DNA from: a virus | IMG/VR virus record: IMGVR_UViG_3300024978_000008 | Span: 14,319 to 78,318 of that record | Direction: 5' to 3' (one strand) | Length of the DNA: 64,000 nt | Shown: positions 7,988 through 18,504 of the stretch, one piece after another | Layout: every line of letters begins with the position of its first letter | How positions within the stretch are numbered: the stretch's first letter is position 1 | Notes under the pieces: model-generated | Seen by the model: only the letters and a program-made list of their open reading frames with translations | Databases searched by the model: none | Told to the model about the DNA's origin: nothing | Program-made: the position numbers and the translations under genes

Positions 7988-9454
7988 TTAAAATCCAGAA
8001 GCTGTTGATGTACTCATCTGTCCTTGAGTCGGAGCAGCCGTGTTGGGTGCTTGATTAGCTAGATTGTTAGTTTGGTTTGGTTGATTAGTTTGAACTGGTT
8101 GCTTTTTTTGATCATTAGTTTGATCTGACTTGTATTGGGCGTTCAATTGAGCTAAATTAATTCTAGCATTCAATTCAGCTAATTCCAAACGATAGGCAGT
8201 TGTTTTATAATTTCTAGTTTCATTATCGTCAGTAGGATTAACTTTATACTTTACTTGAAGTTGTAATTTTTCTTTTTGTAAAGCTTGGGGGTTGTCAAAA
8301 TTATCTTCTAATAATTTTAACGCACTAGACAAAAACGACGTTGATTCATTAAAACTTCCATGAGTTGCATTATACCGTGCAACTTGTGCATATTTTTTAG
8401 CTTCTTTTTCTTTCTTCTTTTCGGCTTGAATTTGCGCTTCAACTCGTGCTATGTCTTCTTGACGGCGTACTTCTTTATCAGCGGCTATAGCAGACCATTC
8501 AGCTTGCTTGGCTCTTGCCTCTTCTGCTGCGGCATCAGCTTGAGCTTCTGCAGCACTTGCCTGAGCTTTCAACATAGCTACAATTTGTTTCAAAATAGAT
8601 TCTTCATCTTCGACAGGTTCCGGTTCCATGCCAAAATCTTCAACATTATCACCCTCTTCCATATCAGGATTTAATTCATTTGCCGAACCTTCAATTCCTT
8701 GTTCAGAGTCATTTTCTGAATTTTGGATATTGTCCATATCCATATTATCCATGTCACTCATTTGATCTTCGTCATCAAAATCATTTTGTTCATCAAAAGA
8801 ATTAGAAAAATCATCCGATTCTGGCATTACTTTATTGGAATTCATCGGTGTTTTGGAAGCTTGATCTGCATTGTATACTACATCTTTAGGAATGATGGGG
8901 AAATCTACGGTGATGATTTCAAATCGATTACGCAAATTAAATAAAATTTCGGCTAATGAATTACCTTTTAGAGATATTCCATTAGATTTGTTATCTTTAT
9001 TGTCTGCTAATAGTTTAGCAATAGTTTCTTCAAATTCTTGAGCTTGATCCGCTCTAACTGTAACGCGCATAACATTATTTTTGTCATCTTCAATGCCATA
9101 TGAAACAACACCGACATCAGCACCAGAAGTTTCTACATCAGCACCTTTCAAGCGTGAAACTATATCATTCATGTCAAAATCTTCAGTAACTTTTCTACGT
9201 AAAAGAAAAGCTTTAAATCCATTCATTTTGGATTTATCTTTCTTTAATTTTTTAGCGGCTGCAATTTTTTCACGCATCTTAGCATACTTGGCTTCTTCTT
9301 CATTATGTTCTTTGGAATCTTGATTCCAACGACGTTCATCATGTCTAGCCGAGCCAGCTTTACGTCTACTGTCACTATCCATATTAACAGCGATTGAACC
9401 TGCGCCAATTGAACCACCTGAAGCGGTTTCATTAATAACTGATTTTGAACTCAT
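7988..9454 (-). CDS. Acidic hypothetical protein, probable head-internal/core protein
   Basis: 488 aa, D/E-rich centre, coiled-coil; exact TATAAATA at 9479-9486; several I/L/V-x-E sites. Confidence 0.55.
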   Translation of the reverse strand: MSSKSVINETASGGSIGAGSIAVNMDSDSRRKAGSARHDERRWNQDSKEHNEEEAKYAKMREKIAAAKKLKKDKSKMNGFKAFLLRRKVTEDFDMNDIVSRLKGADVETSGADVGVVSYGIEDDKNNVMRVTVRADQAQEFEETIAKLLADNKDNKSNGISLKGNSLAEILFNLRNRFEIITVDFPIIPKDVVYNADQASKTPMNSNKVMPESDDFSNSFDEQNDFDDEDQMSDMDNMDMDNIQNSENDSEQGIEGSANELNPDMEEGDNVEDFGMEPEPVEDEESILKQIVAMLKAQASAAEAQADAAAEEARAKQAEWSAIAADKEVRRQEDIARVEAQIQAEKKKEKEAKKYAQVARYNATHGSFNESTSFLSSALKLLEDNFDNPQALQKEKLQLQVKYKVNPTDDNETRNYKTTAYRLELAELNARINLAQLNAQYKSDQTNDQKKQPVQTNQPNQTNNLANQAPNTAAPTQGQMSTSTASGF

Positions 9455-9478
9455 TGAGATATTCCATAATATTTCATA

Positions 9479-9486
9479 TATTTATA
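9479..9486 (-). promoter_or_regulatory. Late promoter box TATAAATA
   Basis: tatttata on the plus strand, 24 bp upstream of ATG 9454. Confidence 0.6.
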
Positions 9487-9520
9487 CGTTTTGTGATGTT
9501 CACATTAAATTAAACAATTA

Positions 9521-9994
9521 TTATCTAAATAATGTCTTTTCAGTAGCTACAATGAACTCTATTCCATGAGCAACACACCATTGTTGAGCAGCCGTGAATT
9601 TAGCCATGTTTATTGCATATACATAATTTTCTTTCATTTTAGTAGTTGCAATACGAGCTTTTGATGGTCTAGTTTGTTTTTCGGGTTTAATTTCTATAAG
9701 TTGTTTTCTCATATCACCATTATTATCAATAAATTCTACATAAAGATCGGGATAATATTTTGATAATTTTACACTCATTTTTCCTTTCACCATTACAGGC
9801 TTCATATATTGAATGTAAAACGGTTCAGACGCCCATGCTAATATTCTGCTATCATTATCTAAAAAAGTGAATACTCGTTTTTCCCATGATGATCTAAATA
9901 CAATATTATCTACACTTTCCATCAAATATTTGTGTGGATTATTCAATGTAAAAACACCTTGTCTATATTTTGACATGAGATTAAGCAAATCCAT
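9521..9994 (-). CDS. gp4: Head completion nuclease (T4 gp4 / TnsA-N-like)
   Basis: FRSSWE, WASEPFYIQY, YYPDLYVEF, IEIKP, KFTAAQQWC, TEKTL. Confidence 0.88.
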   Translation of the reverse strand: MDLLNLMSKYRQGVFTLNNPHKYLMESVDNIVFRSSWEKRVFTFLDNDSRILAWASEPFYIQYMKPVMVKGKMSVKLSKYYPDLYVEFIDNNGDMRKQLIEIKPEKQTRPSKARIATTKMKENYVYAINMAKFTAAQQWCVAHGIEFIVATEKTLFR

Positions 9995-10961
9995 TTGGAT
10001 TTATAGGAGTGCCATTGATCGGACTGTTTAAATCAACTTGAGGATTATAGCCAATAGGAATAGCACTATTTGTTAGAGGACTACCACCTGTTCCTGAAGG
10101 TGATGTGATAATAGGATTATTTGATGAAGTAGTAGATGTTGGATTCCCAATATTATTAACATCACTATAAGTAATATTTACTGAATCATACACAAATGTA
10201 ATATCTACTGTATTAGCCTCCGAAGATGACATATCAAGATCATCCAATGCTACAGTAATAATTTTAGGATTTAAATAATCGTAAAAAACTTGTTTTGGAC
10301 TCCCTGTATTAGGATTCTTATCATCTAACATGTGATGTGTAACTCGCATGTATTTAAATGGTCCCATGGCTGCACCCGTTCCTGCACCTAAACTTCCAAT
10401 ACTGCGCGCATTATTATAAGAACCGTCTAAATTGTCGGCAGTAATAGCCGCCATATTAGCTATAGGACTTACCATTTTAATATATTGAGATATAATATTA
10501 TGTGCGCGATTTACAACATCATCATAAAAAGATAATGTAACTGTACCATAATCCATTTTTATTGCAACTTTGGTTCTATAACCATAAAAGTTGACATCTT
10601 GATATGTTATAGTTGGAGCCGGTCTACTAGCTTTCTTTAAAGCAAACCTCATATCATCCATAGATTGTGCTCCAAGTTCGGGCAATGATAAACCTGATCG
10701 AGGAACAAACATCGCGGTAAATAAAAATTTTAATTTTGGTTGTTCAAATGTGCCAAATTTATCGGGAATACTTGACCCTAATGCATCAAAATTATTGTCA
10801 GTGTTGCCAAATGGTGCATTACTTGCAGGAGAATCTGTAAGTCTACGTGTAGGAACAAAGTCTCTAGATTGTCTATTAAATGGATTGTTCCTATTATTAG
10901 AGTCTATATTCACAGAGGTATTTGGCGAATTAAAATTTGCTGGATTAAATATTTGTGCCAT
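9981..10961 (-). CDS. Tail-tube-like protein (gp19/gp54 family; baseplate-tube junction candidate)
   Basis: KKASRPAPTITYQDVNFYG...YGTVTLSFYDD...LDMSSSEANTVDITFVYD tube-fold motifs. Confidence 0.7.
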   Translation of the reverse strand: MAQIFNPANFNSPNTSVNIDSNNRNNPFNRQSRDFVPTRRLTDSPASNAPFGNTDNNFDALGSSIPDKFGTFEQPKLKFLFTAMFVPRSGLSLPELGAQSMDDMRFALKKASRPAPTITYQDVNFYGYRTKVAIKMDYGTVTLSFYDDVVNRAHNIISQYIKMVSPIANMAAITADNLDGSYNNARSIGSLGAGTGAAMGPFKYMRVTHHMLDDKNPNTGSPKQVFYDYLNPKIITVALDDLDMSSSEANTVDITFVYDSVNITYSDVNNIGNPTSTTSSNNPIITSPSGTGGSPLTNSAIPIGYNPQVDLNSPINGTPINPNGFA

Positions 10962-11505
10962 TGTTCAATACCGTTTGTGCAATCGATTTAGATTGTGATA
11001 ATATATTACTTGAATATTTTGTTGTTATAAATTCACCAAGTTTAAGGTCTGAAACCATTTCGTCGATTAATGTCATATAGGTTGTTCTCATACTTAATGG
11101 AACCATATAAACAAAATCGTTCATAGATAAATTGAGTAAAATAATTGTTTCACCTTGTTGTAATGTAATCGATGAAAAATTTATTAATCCACCATAAATT
11201 ATAACATTACCAAATATATCGCCCTGATTTTGTGATCCAGTTATAACATTGCTATTTATAAGTTGAAGTGATTTCAATCCTTTTGAAATTGGTCCACTAC
11301 CATAATCTGTTAAAATAGAATTAAGTAAACTTTTGTCAACATTATTAATTTGTTTTGGCAATGTTGCATTAGCTACCGTAGAGGTTGTCGAAGAATTGAT
11401 AAAATTATTTGAGACAAATTGATCCACAGAAACCGTTTGGGGTCTATTCATGAAATTATTAGATATTTTATCTAATGGATATTTTGGAATTAATATTTGT
11501 GTCAT
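10945..11505 (-). CDS. Hypothetical late protein
   Basis: 186-aa ORF; TATAAATA at 11527-11534 (minus strand). Confidence 0.65.
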   Translation of the reverse strand: MTQILIPKYPLDKISNNFMNRPQTVSVDQFVSNNFINSSTTSTVANATLPKQINNVDKSLLNSILTDYGSGPISKGLKSLQLINSNVITGSQNQGDIFGNVIIYGGLINFSSITLQQGETIILLNLSMNDFVYMVPLSMRTTYMTLIDEMVSDLKLGEFITTKYSSNILSQSKSIAQTVLNNGTNI

Positions 11506-11534
11506 GAAAGTATGTCATTGTTAATATATTTATA

Positions 11535-11567
11535 AAAATAAAACCGCCAATTTGGCGGTTTTATTTT
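11535..11567 (-). terminator. Intrinsic terminator after the tail tube gene
   Basis: Inverted repeat aaaataaaaccgccaa-t-ttggcggttttatttt. Confidence 0.8.
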
Positions 11568-11587
11568 GTCTATTTTTACCATTGAAA

Positions 11588-12175
11588 TTAAAATGCACCA
11601 TTACCCGGCATAGCCTTGTAACTGATACCAGTATTGCGTTGACGTGCATGGTCAAAGCTTACTGTCATATTAATTTTTACTACTTCAGAGGCTGCATAAT
11701 CAAGATCAGTCCAATCAATAGTTTCAATCCAACAACCTTCAATTGACCATGATTCGAAGATGGTTTCATTACCATCTAGCATATCAAGACGAATGGCAAA
11801 CTTATATAGTTCACCGGCTGCGCTCGCAGGCATTAATGGAGCAGGAGTTTGAGCAATAATAGCTTGTTGGCTCTCTAATTGAGCTTGTAAAGCTTGTGCT
11901 ACTAAACCACCTGTATCATCTTCGAATACGATATTCATAGGATCGAAGCTATGTTTACCTGCAATGAATACGCGAGAGTTATAACGATCAAGTTTAATCT
12001 TTTCAAATGTCAATTTTGGACGTGAAGCTGTAATAGCTTGAACGGTCAAAAAATCAGAATCTTGATTACTACCACCAGCTGTACCAATGAAGGTCAATAG
12101 CCATCTATTTCTCAATTTTGGCTGATAAATGCCAAGGTTTAAGATATCATTACCAACGTCACTAAGTATTGCCAT
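11588..12175 (-). CDS. gp19: Tail tube protein (gp19-like)
   Basis: QPKLRNRW, SRPKLTFE, GKHSFDPMNIVFEDD, WSIEGCWI...LDY...INMTVSFD; start reset to ATG 12175 (SD GGAG, TATAAATA at 12205-12212). Confidence 0.85.
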   Translation of the reverse strand: MAILSDVGNDILNLGIYQPKLRNRWLLTFIGTAGGSNQDSDFLTVQAITASRPKLTFEKIKLDRYNSRVFIAGKHSFDPMNIVFEDDTGGLVAQALQAQLESQQAIIAQTPAPLMPASAAGELYKFAIRLDMLDGNETIFESWSIEGCWIETIDWTDLDYAASEVVKINMTVSFDHARQRNTGISYKAMPGNGAF

Positions 12176-12311
12176 TAAGATTCTCCGAAATTTAAATCTA
12201 CTATTATTTATATTCCAGAAAGTAAAACCTTTAAAAATGACCATTATTTCTCTTATTAATTGCTATACATGTAAACAAAATAATAAATAATGATATAAAA
12301 ATTGAGTTATT

Positions 12312-13049
12312 ATGAATTCTTTCAAAAACTATTTGCTTACTGAATATGTTAATTCCAAATCTAATGAAATAGAATCTATGTTGGTTCTACAAAAGGTCAT
12401 CGATATGGTAGATGATGGACATGTGGATTATGATGCATCATCTATAAAGATTAATGTGGGTCATCTTATAAAAAATAAAAAGTATAATAATCTTTCTATT
12501 TTGATCATAAAAGGTGAAGATGATGTTAGAATAGCTAGACATAATGAAAATAATGATTATGTTATTGTAATTTCCACAAGTAAGTTGCCAAGTAGAGAAT
12601 CTATAGACACGTTCTTATCCTCACAAGAGCGTTCTGAAAAATTCAAAACCTGCTTTATTAAATTTATGAACGATGCTGTTTTTGACGATTCTGAAAATAA
12701 TCAAGATTCTGCATATGAAAAGCGTTCGAATCTTAATACTAGAAAATCTTTTGAAGAATCATATGTTGAATTAATCAAAAAGTTAAATGGTGAACACGAA
12801 CAATATTTGACAGCAAAAAAAGAATTGGATGATAAATTATCTGGAATTCATGATGATCTTGGACATAAAGAAACCATGAAACTAGGTCTTGATAAGCTTA
12901 AAAAAGATATGATGGGTTCTTCAGAATCTGAATTTAAATCCAAAGCGATCAATCTCTATGGCAAAGATAATTATAAAGCTCTGAATAAAGAATTCAAATC
13001 TAAACTGGATTCGCGTTTAACTGATTATTATGAGTCAAAAATCCAATGA
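12312..13049 (+). CDS. Hypothetical protein with capsid-targeting-like N-terminus
   Basis: MNSFKNYLLTE resembles T4 internal-protein leaders (MKTYQEFIAE); AATAAATA box upstream. Confidence 0.6.
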   Translation: MNSFKNYLLTEYVNSKSNEIESMLVLQKVIDMVDDGHVDYDASSIKINVGHLIKNKKYNNLSILIIKGEDDVRIARHNENNDYVIVISTSKLPSRESIDTFLSSQERSEKFKTCFIKFMNDAVFDDSENNQDSAYEKRSNLNTRKSFEESYVELIKKLNGEHEQYLTAKKELDDKLSGIHDDLGHKETMKLGLDKLKKDMMGSSESEFKSKAINLYGKDNYKALNKEFKSKLDSRLTDYYESKIQ

Positions 13050-13759
13050 GTCATTCTAAATATTTTAAAGAATATTTACAAAAATCATTAACTGAAACCT
13101 TCGAAACAGATACTTCTGAACGAACGGACACAGATACTTCATATGATATACCAAATATGCGATTTGAACGATTGAAAAAATTACGTAAAAGCATGGGTAA
13201 AACTTCTGGTTCATTTGGATATGTATCCCCAGATGATACAGATGATACCATGGTCGTTAAACAACCTCATGAACCAGAAGAAAATCTAAAAAAAGATGGA
13301 TACTTCACATATATTAAATATATCGTTGATCATAAATTGGCACAACAGAATCCATATTTTCCCAGAGTCTATCGTTTCGAATTTGATAAAAACAAACAAG
13401 GTCAAGAATATTATAAAATACAATTAGAGAAATTAATTAATCTAAAAGAATTAGATTCTACAGAAATTATACAATTAGGGTTGCGCACATTCAAAGGATT
13501 TCAAAAGCATGTAGAATTATATCAAAAACATGAAGGAAGTATTATAGAAGCTTTTGTGGCGATGCTTATTGAATGTACTCAATATTCTAAACTTAGTTTG
13601 GCTAATGATCAAGAATTAGTTGAAGCTATAAAAATTATTAGCAATATTATAGACAATAATTCTAATCAGAAATTTTTCTGGGATATATCACAGTATAATG
13701 TAATGGCTAGACGAACGCAATTAGGTCTACAATTAGTTTTTGTAGACCCAATGGCTTAA
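13046..13759 (+). CDS. Protein kinase-like protein, T7 gp0.7-like
   Basis: Gly loop TSGSFGYV, VVK lysine, NPYFPRVY, catalytic loop WDISQYNVM, metal-binding VDPM at the extreme C-terminus, same order as T7 PK. Confidence 0.7.
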   Translation: MSHSKYFKEYLQKSLTETFETDTSERTDTDTSYDIPNMRFERLKKLRKSMGKTSGSFGYVSPDDTDDTMVVKQPHEPEENLKKDGYFTYIKYIVDHKLAQQNPYFPRVYRFEFDKNKQGQEYYKIQLEKLINLKELDSTEIIQLGLRTFKGFQKHVELYQKHEGSIIEAFVAMLIECTQYSKLSLANDQELVEAIKIISNIIDNNSNQKFFWDISQYNVMARRTQLGLQLVFVDPMA

Positions 13760-14544
13760 ACATCAATGATAAAATTGTCTTTAAATGTTTTGTTCTGATT
13801 ACCATAAATTTTGTGAGCATATCCTCTCGGATTAGAAATCATTCTTGTTTTTCCTATTTCATAATCTGATGAATTATGACAATGCCCTGAAATCCAGAAA
13901 TCTATGTTACTGTCATAGATGTAATCTTCCAATGGAGTGTAATACGCTCGATTTATTGAATTCCCTCTATATGATGACATAGTTGATAATTCACATGCTG
14001 CATGATGTGTAATTACTACAATTTTTGATGTTGTGGCATTGTCTACAGCATTTTTTATAAAATTCAAATCTTTGCGATGTTCATTTATTGTCATTATTGG
14101 CAATAATTTAAATTTATAAGGTTCGGTGGATGTACCTGCTCTAATATAATGATAATCATTCATTCTAGCTTGAGCATCCATCATAACAAAAGGGTCAGAA
14201 TCACCCAAATCTGTCCATAATGTTGCACCTATTATTGTTACATCATCGATAACAATAGATTGACGTTGTAAGATTATTACATTCTGAAGATGAACTATTT
14301 TTTCATTGAGTTTAGCTACAGATCGTGGAATCGCACCGGCATAATATTCATGATTACCAAAAATTATTAATATTTTTTTATAATTATTTGACAATTGCTC
14401 CAAAAATTGAACAAAAGTTGAAAGATGGTTTACTTCACAAGTGTCTCCCGCAAGAATCAACACAGTCTCTTTAGAATCTTCCAAAGGAATATCCATATAT
14501 GGTAAAACATCAATATGTAAGTCGCTGAGTATTTTGATTTTCAT
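13756..14544 (-). CDS. Calcineurin-like metallophosphoesterase
   Basis: SDLH, AGD, GNHE, THH, GHCH motifs. Confidence 0.92.
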   Translation of the reverse strand: MKIKILSDLHIDVLPYMDIPLEDSKETVLILAGDTCEVNHLSTFVQFLEQLSNNYKKILIIFGNHEYYAGAIPRSVAKLNEKIVHLQNVIILQRQSIVIDDVTIIGATLWTDLGDSDPFVMMDAQARMNDYHYIRAGTSTEPYKFKLLPIMTINEHRKDLNFIKNAVDNATTSKIVVITHHAACELSTMSSYRGNSINRAYYTPLEDYIYDSNIDFWISGHCHNSSDYEIGKTRMISNPRGYAHKIYGNQNKTFKDNFIIDV

Positions 14545-14550
14545 CTCAAC

Positions 14551-14579
14551 ATGTTATCATGTAGCGTATTGAAAGTCAA
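14551..14579 (-). promoter_or_regulatory. Sigma70-type early promoter of the metallophosphoesterase
   Basis: Minus strand TTGACT-17 bp-TAACAT with extended TG. Confidence 0.6.
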
Positions 14580-14598
14580 ACATTACATTCATAAAAAA

Positions 14599-14625
14599 TT
14601 AAGGACGGTGCTTCTCCGTCCTTAA
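14599..14625 (-). terminator. Intrinsic terminator after the tail sheath gene
   Basis: ttaaggacgg/ccgtccttaa arms, 7-nt loop, T-run on the minus strand. Confidence 0.8.
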
Positions 14626-14650
14626 ATAATTAACATATGTCAATTTAATA

Positions 14651-16819
14651 TTACACTCCAGTAGATGAAGTAGGAACAATCGAAGCGCCAGAAGCAAATT
14701 GTGCAAGGTTAGTACCAGTATTCACCAAAGTTATGTCCATATAAATGAACTCTACATCCTTTGTTGGTGCTATCAATAACTGAATATGCAATTCGTTGTT
14801 ATCAATAGTCTGTGGAGTGTTATTAGTACCGTCACAGATAACTAAGAAGTCATAAAGTCCTCTACGTGCTACCAAACCATTCAAGAAAGTATTAGCAACA
14901 TATGATACGTTATTCCATGTCTTAGCGTCATTAGGTTCAAACAAGAATGCAAACAGTGCTTGACGCAATTGACGTTGAATATACATAGTCAAACGAACCA
15001 CGTTTATTCTATCCAATGCTGAAGTGATAGGACTTGAACTCTTTTCACCAAATACTAAGATTCCACGACCGGGAATGTATGTAATCGGATTTACATTGAC
15101 TGGTGCTTGATACAAGGCATCACGTTCACCTTGGTCAAGATAATCAGTAACGAATGTAGTAGGTCCACCTAATGTTCCACTAACATAACCAAGATTGGTC
15201 AATTGTGGGCAAGTACCACGAGTAGCACCAGCAGGAGCATACCATTTTTGTGCAACTGAATCGCTATACAAAATAGTTCTTACGGCGGTTGATGCAGCAG
15301 TGCTCATAATGTCAGCACCATCAATATTTGATGATATGCCATGACCAAACCAATAGCCATTAACATAGTTATTAACACGAGCAGGAGTTGTAGCCCATGT
15401 AGTAATACCATTAGGCCCAACAGGTGGTAATGCCAAAGGTGTTTCACCAACTACGAATACTTCACTACGAATAGATTGTGAAAGTACTACTAGAGCATTA
15501 GTACATTCTGAATATCCGGGACAAGCTACTACATCATATTGTACACTTTCAGAAGTAGCACCTGTAGTAGGACTAGCAATAATAGCATTTAGTTGTTTAA
15601 CAATAGTTGCTCTACGAGCAGCATCATTTGATCCTAGTGCACTATAATTCTTGAACTCTTTAGTATCTTCATATAGTCCAGAAGCGGCTAACAACACACC
15701 TTCGGCTTCACTAGCAGTAAACTCATCTGGAACAACAGAACCATCTGTCCATGAATTAATTGCATTATCTAAACCATCATAAGTTCCTATAACAGTGCTA
15801 TAAGAATCATTATAGACATTTAAAGATGCTGCACCAACACCAACAACAGGAACTCCAAGTTCCTTATAAAGATTTAAACTACCAAATAATGGTAATGTTG
15901 CTGAAGGACCGTCTGAAGTGATGCTTACTTCAGATGTTGCGCCTGTTAGATTTGATATAACTCTAAGTGATCCTGCAACCAATGAAGCTGATCCAGATGC
16001 ATTAATTACTGTATTAATTTCGTCTATCAAATCGCCAAAAGTTGGAGCTTGACTTCCAGTAATGTGTATCTCATAACTTTCGCTTCCGCCTGTACCAACA
16101 ATATCAATAGCAGCACCGTAAGTACTTGTAGGAACGTAGCCAGTAGCATCAGAAAGTTGTAGATAACCATGTGAAGTATCAAACAAAACGTCTTGATAGC
16201 CTGCTTGAGCTTGTGTATGATCTTGGATAAAAGCATTTTGGAACAATTGTGATGAGAATGAATACATTCCTAACACGTTAGATAATGCTTCAGATACCAA
16301 TACTGTTAATTCGGCTGCCGTTACAGTTACTTTATAATTCGCATCTATTGGAATCAAATTATTTGCTGCATTGTATTGGGTAATAAAATCTTGCACTAAT
16401 ACATTTAAATAACCTGAAGCATCTTGTAATTGGCGGGTCCATAATGCTTTCAAGTCTGTAATGTCATCATTAAGGTTGACATTAGCTCTAATGACGTAGG
16501 CCATATTAGAAACTGTGAGCGCTTTCATCAAAGCGTCTAGACCATATTCATTTCTGCAATCGCCATGAAAAGGATTTCCTGCGGCGTCAGTTAAAAAGCG
16601 AGGAACACCATATAATTGTAATGCTTGTTGAATAGATGTTACTGTACGGAGAACGCCATATTCATAGGTTCCTAATGCTGGTGTAATTCCATCAGCTTGA
16701 AATTTTTCATCGGCGGTTGCAATGTAAAATAATGGGATGGTTGCACCCTGATCACTCACATATACTGAATTGTCAGTAATTGAAGATGATACGCCGGGGC
16801 TTACTAAAGTTGTTGACAT
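14651..16819 (-). CDS. gp18: Tail sheath protein (gp18-like)
   Basis: N-terminal LVSPGV; C-terminal WYAPAGATRG, RDALYQ..VNPI, GEK...SALDRINVVRL, FLFEPND, PTKDVEFI. Confidence 0.95.
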   Translation of the reverse strand: MSTTLVSPGVSSSITDNSVYVSDQGATIPLFYIATADEKFQADGITPALGTYEYGVLRTVTSIQQALQLYGVPRFLTDAAGNPFHGDCRNEYGLDALMKALTVSNMAYVIRANVNLNDDITDLKALWTRQLQDASGYLNVLVQDFITQYNAANNLIPIDANYKVTVTAAELTVLVSEALSNVLGMYSFSSQLFQNAFIQDHTQAQAGYQDVLFDTSHGYLQLSDATGYVPTSTYGAAIDIVGTGGSESYEIHITGSQAPTFGDLIDEINTVINASGSASLVAGSLRVISNLTGATSEVSITSDGPSATLPLFGSLNLYKELGVPVVGVGAASLNVYNDSYSTVIGTYDGLDNAINSWTDGSVVPDEFTASEAEGVLLAASGLYEDTKEFKNYSALGSNDAARRATIVKQLNAIIASPTTGATSESVQYDVVACPGYSECTNALVVLSQSIRSEVFVVGETPLALPPVGPNGITTWATTPARVNNYVNGYWFGHGISSNIDGADIMSTAASTAVRTILYSDSVAQKWYAPAGATRGTCPQLTNLGYVSGTLGGPTTFVTDYLDQGERDALYQAPVNVNPITYIPGRGILVFGEKSSSPITSALDRINVVRLTMYIQRQLRQALFAFLFEPNDAKTWNNVSYVANTFLNGLVARRGLYDFLVICDGTNNTPQTIDNNELHIQLLIAPTKDVEFIYMDITLVNTGTNLAQFASGASIVPTSSTGV

Positions 16820-16868
16820 GCAAAATCTCCTAATAATATTGATTTGATATTATTTATGATTATTGCAT

Positions 16869-18458
16869 TTATGAATATAAATTATTAAAATTTTTTATGA
16901 AGTGCAACTTGCCGCAATCCCATATTTTATCACATTGTTTATCATCATTTAGCAACTCTTTATATAATCTACGTGATGTAGATTTCTCTTTTAAATCTAC
17001 ATAATAATGTTTTGGTTCTGATATGTGATCTAATTCAAACCCACATTTTATAAAATGATATCCATTATTCCATCTTCTATCACATGTTACTGTTATTGAT
17101 GATGGTGAATTAAATTGGACAAAATGATATAATATTTTTTCTACTGCAGTTTCTATGTCAACATTTGGAGTGAATTCATAATTCAATATATCATATTTGT
17201 TATCATAAATTGAATTAAACGACATAATAGCAACAATGTTATTATTGTATTTTAAGCCTATATTAACATTTGCAGATTGATATCCATCAAAACAATTTTC
17301 ATTGTAAAATTTTATGGTTTCCAACTCTGTAGGAATAATTACTTCACATTCCATTCCGCTTATTTTATGTTTTTCTAACAATTGTTCAATTTTGGTAATA
17401 ACTACATGTTTTTTATGTAGCCATTCATTTTCCAATATTTGAATACATCTATAACCAGCTTGTTCAGCAGCGATTGTTTTGTTTAAATGATAATTTTTAT
17501 CTTTACCACCTTTATTTTCACTGTGCCAGTATAATCCATTATATTCAATGACCAATTTATTTTCTTTAGATACTATATCCAACTCTTGAGGATAGATCAC
17601 AGTTCTATCTTGCGTTATAACATTTTTATCATATTTGGATACAATATCAAATAATTCTTTTTCGGCTTTTGGTTTAGAATTACTATAAAGTTTAATCTCG
17701 ATTCCAAATTTTTTCATTTTCTTGCCTAATGCAGATTTGCTTATGTTCAAATTTTGAGCAATTTCGGTACATGACATATGTTCGTCATGATGCAAAGTTT
17801 TTAAATAATTTTTATCATTTAATTTCTGATATTGATCATCAGTAAATTTTAATTGTAATGAATTAACGCGATTATGATTTTTTAAATATTTTTCTTTGCG
17901 AAGTTTTGCCAAATGTTTATTGTAATTTTCACCATACTTTTTTAATAAAGTTTTTTTGACTTTTTTAACCAAAATTTTTGATTTTAATGGAACAGTTACA
18001 TTATAATTATCCATTAAGGTTTGTTTAGCTTTATTTCTTATTTCTAGACTCTTCATGGGATTAGTAACACCATATCGTTCTTTCATGGTGACATCTCGCT
18101 TTGCAAACGATGATTCAATATAATATGGACATAATTTTCCGCAAGTTGACGCATATTTGTAACCACCAGTTCTTCGAAATGGTAATTTGTTGCCACATTT
18201 ACATAATGGAATATCTGTTATAAAATTTATAATTCTATAAATTTTCTCTATAAATTCAACATTCTTATTGTCTGCACAATATTCATCAATTTCTGTAGAT
18301 AATTGTGGATAGTTTAATAAAATTTTTTTATGTTTCCCGTTAACTCTCATCTGATGAATATCAACGCAATCATCCGATAATAATAAATTAGTTTTGATCA
18401 ATTTTTCTATTAACGATAACCCTGTCAAATCATGTAAAATTTTATGCATTCTATTCAC
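16869..18458 (-). mobile_element. Free-standing homing-endonuclease-like gene (Zn motif, YGVxNP repeats, HTH, PD-(D/E)xK domain)
   Basis: CKCG...CGKLC, RYGVTNPM repeats, ELDIVSKENKLVIEYNGLYWHSE, IWDCG C-terminus; paralog of 58443..60146. Confidence 0.75.
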
Positions 18459-18504
18459 TGTTGATAATTAAATTTCTAATTAAATGTTTGATTAGAAATC
18501 TATA

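Noticed and set aside
11588-12244. ORF-track starts for tail tube (12244), RuvC-like (43374), gp47 (47327), thioesterase (61777) and clamp (4023)
   Set aside because: Downstream ATGs fit SD, promoter position or stop-start coupling better; starts were reassigned.
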